From Octopus sinensis (taxonomy: Eukaryota), in the NCBI RefSeq assembly GCF_006345805.1, contig NW_021824910.1:1-17301 (forward strand): a stretch of DNA of 17,301 bases. Reading direction: 5' to 3'. Of the stretch, positions 8,950 to 17,301 are shown one piece after another. Within the stretch, counting starts at the first letter, position 1. Each line of letters starts with the position of its first letter. The notes under the pieces were generated by a model. That model worked only from the letters and a program-made list of their open reading frames with translations, was not told the DNA's origin and did not search any database. The position numbers and the translations under genes are program-made.

Positions 8950-9386
8950 TGCATTTGCATAGCTTCTAACGCTGGAGATGTACTACGGTGTCAGCTGTTC
9001 ACTACCAGCGAACAAAGGTAACACCTCTTACTTTTCGAGCACCTTCCGGAGTATTCGAGCGGTTCCAAGCAGTGCTGTTTTCTGCAAGTGCTCCACCTTT
9101 ATTCCAGCTCCTGTTTGTTCCATGTACTTCTCGAGATTTTTACTCACTGTTCCCAGGGCTCCGACAATTATTGGTACTACTGCTACCTTTTTCATCGACC
9201 ACGACTGCCTAAACTGCCCAAACTAACCTATCATATCTCTCGACTTTTCTTTCTTCCTTATCGCATACCTTGTTGTCAGCTGGGCATGCTATATCTATGA
9301 TCCAGCATAGTTTGGTATCTTTCTCAATTAAAACTATGTCTGGCTTCCTATTCTCTATCTCATGCTCGCACTGACTCATAAAATCA
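8950..9386 (-). mobile_element. 5'-truncated R4/Dong-like LINE 3' end (RLE domain plus 3' UTR), a second subfamily
   Basis: DFMSQC..MIENRKPDIVLIEKDTKLCWIIDIACPADNKVCDKEEEK.ERYDRL...WSMKKVAVVPIIVGALGTVSKNLEKYMEQTGAGIKVEHLQKTALLGTARILRKVLEK* (stop at 9030-9028). It has the PD...D RLE motif and the LQK.ALLGTARILRKVL terminus, then ~80 bp of UTR and a trinucleotide tail. Confidence 0.92.
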
Positions 9387-9388
9387 TT

Positions 9389-9479
<91 letters not shown>
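9384..9479. repeat. (GTT)n-(ATT)n compound array
   Basis: Directly visible between the LINE 5' truncation and the SINE head. Confidence 0.95.
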
Positions 9480-9480
<1 letters not shown>

Positions 9481-9720
9481 GGCTTGTGAGCTGGTAGAAT
9501 CGTTAGCACGCTGGGCGAAATGCTTAGCAGTATTTCGTCTGCCGCTACGTTCTGAGTTCAAATTCCACTGCGGTCGACTTTGCCTTTCATCCTTTCGGGG
9601 TCGATAGATTAAGTACCAGTTAGGTACCGGGGTCGATCTAATCGACTTCACCCCTTCCCCCAAATTTGAGGCCTTGTACTTCCAATAGAAAGGATTATTA
9701 TTATTATTATTATTATTATT
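9481..9720 (+). mobile_element. Near full-length tRNA-derived SINE with a Meta/MESC-like central domain and (ATT)n tail
   Basis: A-box-like tggtagaatcgttag, B box gagttcaaattcc, central ctttgcctttcatcctttcggggtcgatagattaagtaccag (resembles the Meta/MESC SINE domain as I recall it; not verified), tail (ATT)n from 9694. Confidence 0.88.
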
Positions 9721-9733
9721 GTTAGTGGTAGTG

Positions 9734-9778
<45 letters not shown>

Positions 9779-10208
9779 ATAGTAGTAGTAGTGTGCCAAC
9801 GCTCTGTTCTTAATCGATATTAACATGTCTATTGTTAGATTTCCCCATTATCTTCATTCAACTCATCTCCAGGTGGAACGGTATTTTTTTTACTTGTCCC
9901 ATCTCTCTTTCTTTCTCTCTTTCACTCTTTCCCACACCAACCCATCCACTTCTCTCTCTCGTTTGATTTATGCTGAATCTAGACAATTCTTCTCGTTATT
10001 AACGTTTCTTTTAAAGAGATTACAATGGCGGGAAAAGGTCATCTCCCAAAGCTCTTAAAGGTCATCATTGAAAGATCAGGATTGTCAAGATAAAAAAGGA
10101 AAACCCAAATAGCTAAAGGTGAAATTCCAACAAAAAAAATAAATAAAATATAAAAATTAGAGCATGGAGCAAAACATAGACGAGAATAAATTATCTAAAG
10201 GTATTAGT

Positions 10209-10326
10209 CATGGCTGTATGGTTAAAAATCTTGTTTGTCTACCATGTGGTCTCGGGTTTAATCCCACTACGCGGTACCTTAGTTGAGTTTCTTCTACTGT
10301 AGACGCAGGCGTAGCTGTGTGGTTAG
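10209..10326 (+). mobile_element. Two tandem 5' fragments of a tRNA-derived SINE (same family as 11947-12328)
   Basis: tggctgtatggtt (A box), ggtttaatccc (B box, 10255-10265) and ...tcttctactgtag align at ~70% with the minus-strand SINE head at 12250-12328. A second head start, gacgcaggcgtagctgtgtggttag, follows at 10302-10326. Confidence 0.7.
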
Positions 10327-10335
10327 ATCATTAAA

Positions 10336-11325
10336 ATGGAATGTCAAGTTAAGAAAAACGAGCATTTTCAACACCTCCTTTTTTTTGTTTTTAATCAAAG
10401 TTCTAAGGCCGCAAAAGCTGCTCGTGACATTTGTGTATGGAGAGGGTGCCATAGCTGAAAGAACTGCTCGTGATTGGTATGCCAAGTTCAAAAATGGAAA
10501 TCTTGACCTCAAAGACGCATCTCGTTCTGGCCGTCCAGTTGAGTTCAATGAAGAGCGATTAAACCAAATTTTGCACAAAAATTCTCGTCAAACGACAAGG
10601 GAACTGGCAGAGAAAATGGAATGCTGCCACACCGCTATAGAGAAGCATCTTCACTCGATGGAAAAGGTTCAGAAGTATGGAGCATAGGTTTTGCATGCTT
10701 TAAGTGACAACAACAAAAATCAACGAGCCACAATCTCTGCTGGTTTGCTTGCTCGTCACCGCTCAACTCATGGACACAAGCAACGATTTCTTTACCGAAT
10801 CGTTACTGGCGACGGAAAAATGGTGCGTGTACATCAATATGAAGTAGCGTAAGGAATGGCTTAGCCCTGGTAAACAAGCGACACTGCGTGTGAAACAAGT
10901 TGTTCATCAGCGTAAAACGAGGTTGTGTGTATGGTGGGACTGGGAAAGGATTATCTATTACGAAGTGCTTGAACGGAACCAAACGGTCAACGCGGAACTC
11001 TATGTTCAACAGATGGAACGACTCAACATAGCTATTTAAGAGAAGAGACCTAAACATCAGCATGGAGTTCTGCTGCACGACAACGCCCGCCCTCATATTA
11101 CCAATATGACCAAGGAAGCCATTCAAACGCATGGCTGAGAAGTGCTGCCACACCTGCCGTACTCTCCTGATTTGGCACCAACGGATTTCCACATCTTTTG
11201 ATCTCTGAGTTTCGTTCAATACTGATGCAGGGTTGAGAGCATGGTTGGATCAATTTTTCGAGTCGAAATCGGGTGATTTCTACCAACGAGGTATTGGAAA
11301 ACAACAAGGGTGAATACATTATTTT
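10336..11325 (+). mobile_element. Decayed mariner (Tc1/mariner, DD34D) transposase; terminal inverted repeats not detected
   Basis: From ATG 10336: MECQVKKNEHFQHLLFF...AARDIC/YGEGAIAERTARDWYAKFKNGNLDLKDASRSGRP...GA*VLHAL (WVPHxL motif)...FLYRIVTGD.K/WCVY...RLCVWWDWE...HDNARPH...HG*EVLPHLPYSPDLAPTDFHIF...GEYII. There are 34 residues between the second and third catalytic Asp. At least 5 in-frame stops, 2 frameshifts and deletions near the C-terminus. Confidence 0.97.
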
Positions 11326-11338
11326 AAATTTAAAACCT

Positions 11339-11364
11339 TATACATACATGCATACATACATACA

Positions 11365-11396
<32 letters not shown>

Positions 11397-11655
11397 GGAG
11401 TCACAAGAATTTTTGACTCCTATTTCTAGCAAAGTTGGTGCTTCTTAGTGCCCGTGTTATATATAATTCTTACATATCTATTTATTTTGTTAATACGGTT
11501 TAAACTTGCGGCTACTAACATTGTTATCTCTCATGTGTAATAATATTCTTTATATATTTACACACACGCACACAAACAGTCATAAACACTCACTCACACA
11601 CACACACACACACACACACATGTACACACACACACGTACACGCCCGCGCGCACAC
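11339..11655. repeat. (TACA)n 11339-11393 and (CA)n 11561-11655
   Basis: Directly visible. Confidence 0.9.
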
Positions 11656-11946
11656 AAATATGTATGGTCTGCTGGTACTGCCAACGGCTAGAAGGGAGCG
11701 GTAAGTCTCCTTACTTACAATGTCTCGGACACAGATCATGTCTCGATAAACCAGCTGGAAAAGATGTTTTCTTGGGGTTAAAAAATAGTAACATAATCTT
11801 ATTTGGGACTGCCACGTTATGTTGGAAAATTAGCTTCACTATTCAGTAGTGTTACTACATAGACCTAGTCCCTTTTTTGTATCGCCTAACTGTCTGGATG
11901 TTTTGCGTTCTTGTCCCATTTTTGTATTATATATATATATATATAT

Positions 11947-12328
11947 TCTCTTTTACACGTTTCAGTTATTTGATTGCGGCCATGCTGGAACACCGCTTTA
12001 AGTCAAGCAAATCGACCCCAGGACTTATTCTTTGTAAGCCTACTACTTATTCTATCGGTAACTTTTGCCGAACCGCTAAGTTTCAGGGACATAAACACAC
12101 CAACATCTGTTGTCAAGCGATGATGGACGGACAAACACAGACATAAAGACGCACACATAAATATATGTACATATATAAATATATACACGACGGGTTTGTT
12201 TCAGTTTCCGTCTACCAAATCCACTTACAAGGCTTGGGTCGGCCCGAGACTATAGTAGAAGACACTTCCCTAAGGTGACATGCAGTGGGACTGAACCCGG
12301 AACCATGTGATTGGGAAGGAAGCTTCTT
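11947..12328 (-). mobile_element. tRNA-derived SINE, 5' A box truncated, with internal (TA)/(TG) run
   Basis: Minus strand: aagaagcttccttcccaatcacatggttccgGGTTCAGTCCCactgc (B box at 12297-12287)...gtggatttggtagacggaaactgaaa...; body ...gaataagtcctggggtcgatttgcttgac...ccagcatggccgcaatcaaataactgaaacgtgtaaaagag. It resembles the abundant octopus tRNA-SINE class from memory; the exact family name is not assigned. Confidence 0.85.
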
Positions 12329-12340
12329 TTCTTCAAAATG

Positions 12341-12746
12341 CATATATATATATATATAATATATATATACATACATACATACATACATACATACATACAT
12401 ACATACATACATACATACATACATACAAAAACAAACCGAGGGAAAATTTGAGCTGAAGCATTTTGGAAAAAAAGCCTATGCTAAAACAGCCATACTCTCT
12501 TCCTTCAGGTGAACTACTCACAGCTGCTAATAATATCAGAGACCTTGGAGTAATCGCTAACAACAATCTCAGCTGGAGTATCCACATCAACAATAAAGTC
12601 GATATAGCTTGTAAGATGAGCTCCTGGATCCTCAGAACCTTCTAGTCCAGAGAAAAAGGTGTCATAATTTCTCCTCCTTCGTTCGGCCAAACCGCGAATA
12701 CTGCTACCCCCTGTGGTCTCTCCATACAAAACAAAACATTAAAAAA

Positions 12747-12777
<31 letters not shown>

Positions 12778-12890
12778 TGTATGTATGTATGTATGTATGT
12801 ATGTATGTATGTATGTATGTATGTGTGCATGTATGAATGTATGTATGTATGTATATATATGTATGTATTTATATGTATGTATATATATAT
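12341..12890. repeat. (TA)n-(TACA)15 at 12341-12427 and (TATG)19-(TA)n at 12748-12890, flanking the CR1 fragment in inverted orientation
   Basis: Perfect runs at 12368-12427 and 12748-12823; the two units are reverse complements. Confidence 0.95.
12428..12745 (+). mobile_element. CR1/L2-group LINE fragment (RT C-terminal/thumb region)
   Basis: EGKFELKHFG...IRDLGVIANNNLSWSIHINNKVDIACKMSSWILRTF*SREK...SFVRPNREYCYPLWS...QNIKK matches the KDLGV..D..LSW..HI...KA...LRTF...VRP.LEYC...WSP motif chain. Confidence 0.85.
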
Positions 12891-13029
12891 TTGCTTGAGA
12901 AATAAAATGCTCTTACCTAATCAAAACCTGAAACGCTGTGGAATTAAAACAACGAATTGAAATATTAAGTTTTAGCAAATCAGAACAATTCGCATTGAAA
13001 TGAAGAATTAGCAAATGCTAAATAGATTA

Positions 13030-13304
13030 CCGTTAAAAAGCTGTCTGTTTATACCCATGAAGCATTTTTCGTCAAATTTCACACTTTTTTCGTCAAATTG
13101 ATGTCACGATAGTTAGTGCGAAATATGCCGAAGTTTTACGATTTTTGAAAAATCGATGCTGATTAAAAACCGATTTTTAAAAAATTCCAAGTGCGTAAGT
13201 GACCGCATGGGCATAATCCCCCCACACGTGTCAAGTTTCTTCAAGGTCTGTTGGATAGGCTCCGGGAAGTTAAAGTAGCAAATTCACAAACACACAAACT
13301 TGCC

Positions 13305-13306
<2 letters not shown>
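13030..13306 (-). mobile_element. Non-autonomous Helitron-like (Lep1-type) 5' portion
   Basis: Minus strand aaatggcaagtttgtgtgtttgtg...gaccttgaagaaacttgacacg resembles the conserved 5' blocks of Lep1-like non-autonomous Helitrons (short TG/TTTG repeat, then gatttt/cttgatgaaa-ttgg). The 5' tip is replaced by the ATT array; no 3' CTAG end was found. Left boundary is uncertain. Confidence 0.45.
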
Positions 13307-13308
<2 letters not shown>

Positions 13309-13392
<84 letters not shown>

Positions 13393-13714
13393 GAGTGAGA
13401 GAGCAGTGCATGCCATCAAAGTGACACTGGGGTAAAATATACAAAACCCAGTATACCCATCATGACTACCCGTCTGATAAGGGTACACCAGGCACATGCA
13501 TCACAACCATGTGTGCGACATGGTGATCCCATATCAAGATAAACAGCACATGACCTTGCAGGTGGGGCCCAGTTAGAATTTTTTTCAGGTCGAGTAGCCC
13601 ATCCTGCTCAAAAGGTCCCTGAATAAGGGTTGTTTAAGGATGTTAAACGAAACACCTATGTTTCCAAAGGTGAATTATTCAAACCCCAAAGAATCCCTCT
13701 CAACACATGGCTAT
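13309..13714 (-). mobile_element. Unclassified retroposon 3' part with (AAT)28 tail
   Basis: The non-repetitive body 13393-13714 ends on the minus strand in ...gcactgctctctcactc followed by a perfect (AAT)28 (13392-13309). I recall it as a high-copy octopus repeat. It has no coding similarity and no Pol III boxes in the part present. Confidence 0.6.
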
Positions 13715-13780
13715 ATTGTGATCACAGGGAATACTCATGTCAATTAATAAACACATCCTTTTTGTCTGATCTTTTATAAT

Positions 13781-13810
13781 ATTATTATTGTTGTTGTTGT
13801 TGTTGCTGTC

Positions 13811-13858
<48 letters not shown>

Positions 13859-13884
13859 CTTCTTCTTCTTTTCTTCTTCTTCTT

Positions 13885-13940
<56 letters not shown>
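13781..13940. repeat. Compound trinucleotide array (ATT)-(GTT)n-(CTT)n-(ATT)n
   Basis: Directly visible; explains the poly-N/K/T ORF 13774-13980. Confidence 0.95.
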
Positions 13941-13943
<3 letters not shown>

Positions 13944-14636
13944 CTTGTGTAGGGTCTATTTTCATATTGTACCTCTGCATCGAGTTCTCTGCAAATTTTT
14001 ATTCGTTTTTTCACCTTTTTAATTATTTATTATATCTGGGGCAAAAACGTAAGCAGTGGAGTTAACCAGCTGATAGATCGAAGGTTCGTGTCTTGTCCAC
14101 TGATAACGCGATGTAGTCTATCTGATTTAGTTACAATCGTAACAGCGTTACCTGTAAGCACAATTTATTTGTGGCTGTAATTAGGTTACTATAGAGGCGG
14201 GAATATTGTCCGGCTGACTCCCAACGCTCTGATGGCACAGTAAAACAAATACCGAATCTTACATATTTACAGAATTGTTCCTTCAACGTCTTAACACAAA
14301 CATTTTTTTTCAATATCCAAGCAAAAAATATTTTTTAATATTATTTACTTTGAATCTATATATAACGAAGAATAAACACACAAATTATTTTGGATCAGTT
14401 ATGATTTATTATGAAGTTATTGATAGAAAACGGGAATAACATCATGAACGAGGTATTTCGAGTTAAAAATATGTGAAAAATACTTCAGAGTACAGTGAAC
14501 GTATATTTTCGTCCAAATATATATTTACTAGACATCTCTGAACGAAAATATACGGGATGTATTAAGAGGTTAAAACAAATATTTCGAAGTTTCAGAATTG
14601 AGCGAGGCTTTAAACATTTTTTAGTCAAGAAAGAAG

Positions 14637-14870
14637 TTAGTTGCTTCGTGGTTAGAGAGTTTCATTCACGATTGTAAAATTGTGGTTTCGATTCCCAAAC
14701 CGGGCGGTACGTTGTTGTTCTTGAGCGAAACACTTCATTTCACGTTGCACAAATTCACTCAGCTGTAATCGGGTAGCTCTACAATGGACTGGCGTACCGC
14801 TTAACGGGTATATTTGGGATTTCGGTTAATTATGCACCATGGAAACCGGCTAATCTCTCCTATGAGTCAT
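14637..14870 (+). mobile_element. Degenerate tRNA-derived SINE with a V-domain-like centre
   Basis: A-box-like gcttcgtggttagag, B-box-like ggtttcgattccc (14684-14696), ttgttcttgagcgaaacacttcatttcacgttg, then ctacaatggactggcgtaccg (V-domain-like CTGCGATGGACTGGCG) and atgcaccatggaaaccgg. Confidence 0.62.
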
Positions 14871-14884
14871 AGCACTTGATACAG

Positions 14885-15040
14885 TAATATCCATTAATAT
14901 AAACACACCCGCGCACACACACCATTATATATTTTATTATATATACATATAATATATCTATATATACACACATATATATGTGTATATATATATGTGTGGT
15001 GTGTGTGTGTGTATTATATATATTATATATATATATATAT

Positions 15041-15111
<71 letters not shown>

Positions 15112-15128
15112 CATATACATATATATAT

Positions 15129-15162
<34 letters not shown>

Positions 15163-15228
15163 ATATATTACACGCAAATATATATGCATAATATATATGC
15201 ATACATGAACACAACATACATGCACACA

Positions 15229-15276
<48 letters not shown>

Positions 15277-15371
15277 TTGAAATAGGATAAAATAAAATCC
15301 TTGTAAGAATTTATCAAGTAGTCAGCGTGAAAAACCTCGTAAGGGGAGATTATAATTATTCCCTTTAAATA

Positions 15372-15433
<62 letters not shown>

Positions 15434-15590
15434 AATGTATGTATGTATGTATGTATGTATGTATGTATGTATGTATGTATGTATAAAAGAGAGAGAGAGA
15501 GAATTGGATAGATAGAGCCTGTATTCTGAATTTGTGTGTGCTAATGTAAGCATGTATGTGTGTGTGTGTGGTGTGTGTGTGTGTGTAGAT
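14885..15590. repeat. Large (TA)n/(TG)n/(CA)n/(TATG)n/(GA)n cluster
   Basis: Directly visible, with a short unique spacer at ~15275-15365. Confidence 0.95.
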
Positions 15591-16056
15591 TGAAAAAAAA
15601 TAATGATAAAGAAGTATAGCTGCAGACACAAACGATATTGACAAAAGAATAAAATGAGATCTTGTGACTCAGTCTTTAAAAAAAAAAAGACTGTCGTAAA
15701 GGTCACGGTTAAACAGTCTTCGTTGTTGTCACTATTTAGCTCTAGGTCAGAAATGACTGCACAGCTTTATTATGAAAAACATTCCAGTATATTCATACAA
15801 TGGCAAAAAATGTCCCACTTCTTTTTTTTGTTTTTTGTTTTTTATTACGCTGCTTGGAGTAGATTCGTAGAAATACTTCCTGCCATTTCTTGTAAGAATA
15901 ACGACGTCGTAGAGTCTTCTTCGTTTTTCGTGTAAGTCTATTAATGGCTCGGGAACAACGAGGTCCCTTTCCTCCTTTGGCTTTAGCCGTTAAACTACAT
16001 GAGGTAGATTTTAAGCTCAGTTCATAACAAAACGGTCGTTTGTTATATCGAATACC

Positions 16057-16473
16057 CAGCGCTGCATTAACCATTAAGCAAAATGCTCAGAGTATCGAGA
16101 AAAGGGGAACACCCACAGAAATAGTAAATGGTTTACGGCACAAAAGAAATCACTTTAAACTTGCTAAAATAGTATTTTCAGTGGTTAACATGATTGGAAA
16201 TATAATTTCGAAGCGTCCATAGTGTTATAGAGAAGACCTGATCAAAGACTTTGCAGTTATAAAAAGTAGTAGAAAACTTTTTAAATATAAATAAAATCGA
16301 AACTTACGAGAATAAACGTTATTTTCCGTCATACTGTTAGTTTTGTTTCATTTTGAAAAATAAAATTTTATTTTATTGTTTATCATTGTTTATATTTTAA
16401 ATTACATATATATCGGGGGCGGGCAAAAATCTTTTAAGTGCATAGGGCCTCAATGGGTCTTAATCGCGTCCTG
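16057..16473. mobile_element. Possible old non-autonomous DNA transposon with degenerate CAGGGCCGGATTAA-type ends
   Basis: Left end cagcgctgcattaa (16057-16070); the right end reverse-complemented reads caggacgcgattaagacccattgaggcccta. Each is about 11/14 to that TIR type. The flanking 8-mers match only 4/8. Confidence 0.33.
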
Positions 16474-16513
16474 TATAGACCCATCACCACTGAATTTGTT
16501 TAATGTACGGTTA

Positions 16514-16872
16514 TCTCTCTATATATAAACAGCAAAATGTCTGTCTGTGTGTGTGTGTGTGGTGTGTGTGTGTGTGTGTGTGCGTGTTCTTTATACAAAT
16601 CCACAATTTTTCAGTTAGAGGGCTCGTACTTTCTATGGTCATTCAAAACCATCCAAGGTTGGTCGTGCACATTTTTACGTTTCCCCAGTCACCCCGCAAA
16701 GCCATTAAAAAATCAATAGAAGTCACATTTTTGTGAATTTTCTATCCCAATCCCAATCAAAATGCCCGAAACTTGATACGCCAATTGAATGCCAGTTAGC
16801 TGTATGTGATTGGTCGGAGATTTGGACAGTACTCGCGTGTATGTGCGCATGCACGCAGCTGTATATGCATGC
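16514..16872 (+). mobile_element. Non-autonomous Helitron-like (Lep1-type) 5' portion
   Basis: Begins A|TCtctctatatataaacagcaaaatgtctgtctg(TG)n. This 5' TC after an A, followed by TATATAAA and a TG/TCTG microsatellite, is the typical layout of these elements. Confidence 0.55.
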
Positions 16873-16873
16873 A

Positions 16874-16897
16874 CTAGCACTATGACCCGGCGTTGTG
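16874..16897 (-). mobile_element. Helitron-like 3' terminus (short hairpin plus CTAG|T)
   Basis: The minus strand reads ggcacaacgccgggtcatagtgCTAG|t: a GC-rich hairpin remnant ~10 nt before a CTAG end, followed by T. Confidence 0.55.
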
Positions 16898-17120
16898 CCA
16901 TAAAAATGTGAATGTAAATTACGCCGGAAATGATGATAGTAACCCCGTATAATTTCATAAACATTTATATTCGTAATACTTTTTTGTGATAGCATGAACA
17001 TTTCTGAAATAGGAGGTGAGGTACACCACTGTAATGTAGAATACCCTGCAACGAACACCAGTGACAAGCCACAGGGATACGTTTGGGTAGCCATGCGAGA
17101 GTTTCCTTGTTAGTTTCAGC

Positions 17121-17281
17121 CACTAGAATAGCTAGAATGTGTGCCGCCCGGGGCGGCCCTTCTGTTTGCCGCCCATCGACCCCACAAAAAACACATATTG
17201 CCTACAGCAGACCCACAAGTGGTGCCCCTTTAAAATTGTCACCCCTAATGCCCCTACCGCCCCCACCTAACTACGCTAGTG
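17121..17281. mobile_element. 161-bp MITE, hAT-like (15-bp TIR, 8-bp TSD)
   Basis: Left TIR cactagaatagctag versus the right TIR reverse-complemented, cactagcgtagttag (12/15). Flanks gtttcagc (17113-17120) and gcttcggc (17282-17289) match 6/8 and differ only by transitions. GC-rich subterminal gccgcccggggcgg and gcccctaccgccccc blocks. Confidence 0.75.
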
Positions 17282-17301
17282 GCTTCGGCTATATATATAG
17301 G

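Noticed and set aside
9481-9570. tRNA gene (also considered at 10209, 12290 and 14640)
   Set aside because: A and B boxes are present but there is no cloverleaf, and each continues into a SINE body.
15670-15693. Hairpin cagtcttt-(A)8-aaagactg and a nearby possible plus-strand exon ending at gtaagt (~15931)
   Set aside because: Short stem in A/T-rich sequence; the acceptor is weak and the peptide is unrecognisable.
1678-16736. Dozens of 60-160 aa ORFs rich in YI, CV, HT, LS, F, N or K runs
   Set aside because: They are translations of microsatellites, or antisense/shifted frames of transposon relics; none shows independent coding signal.
1-17301. CRISPR array, rRNA, telomeric array or prokaryotic operon
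   Set aside because: No regularly spaced repeat-spacer units, rRNA-like sequence, TTAGGG arrays or dense ORFs; all tandem repeats have 2-4 bp units.

Overview
This is eukaryotic, AT-rich, microsatellite-saturated DNA with no intact gene that I can recognise. The combination of tRNA-derived SINE types, (TA)n/(TACA)n/(ATT)n arrays and R4/Dong, RTE, CR1 and Penelope relics resembles an octopus (coleoid cephalopod) intron or intergenic region. That taxonomic call is inference from recalled repeat families, not a database search. Most ORFs in the supplied track are translations of simple repeats or antisense/partial frames of transposon relics. Well-supported content: a Penelope-like GIY-YIG endonuclease fragment with a fold-back 5' end and a probable decayed hammerhead ribozyme downstream; two restriction-like-endonuclease LINE relics chained with a SINE through (ATT)n arrays; a decayed DD34D mariner transposase; a CR1/L2-type and two RTE-type LINE fragments; several SINEs; Helitron-like pieces; a 161-bp MITE with an 8-bp target duplication; and a ~250-bp direct duplication. 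I found no CRISPR array, rRNA or genuine tRNA gene, and no convincing evidence of a new gene system. The points of interest concern retroelement architecture and RNA structure.
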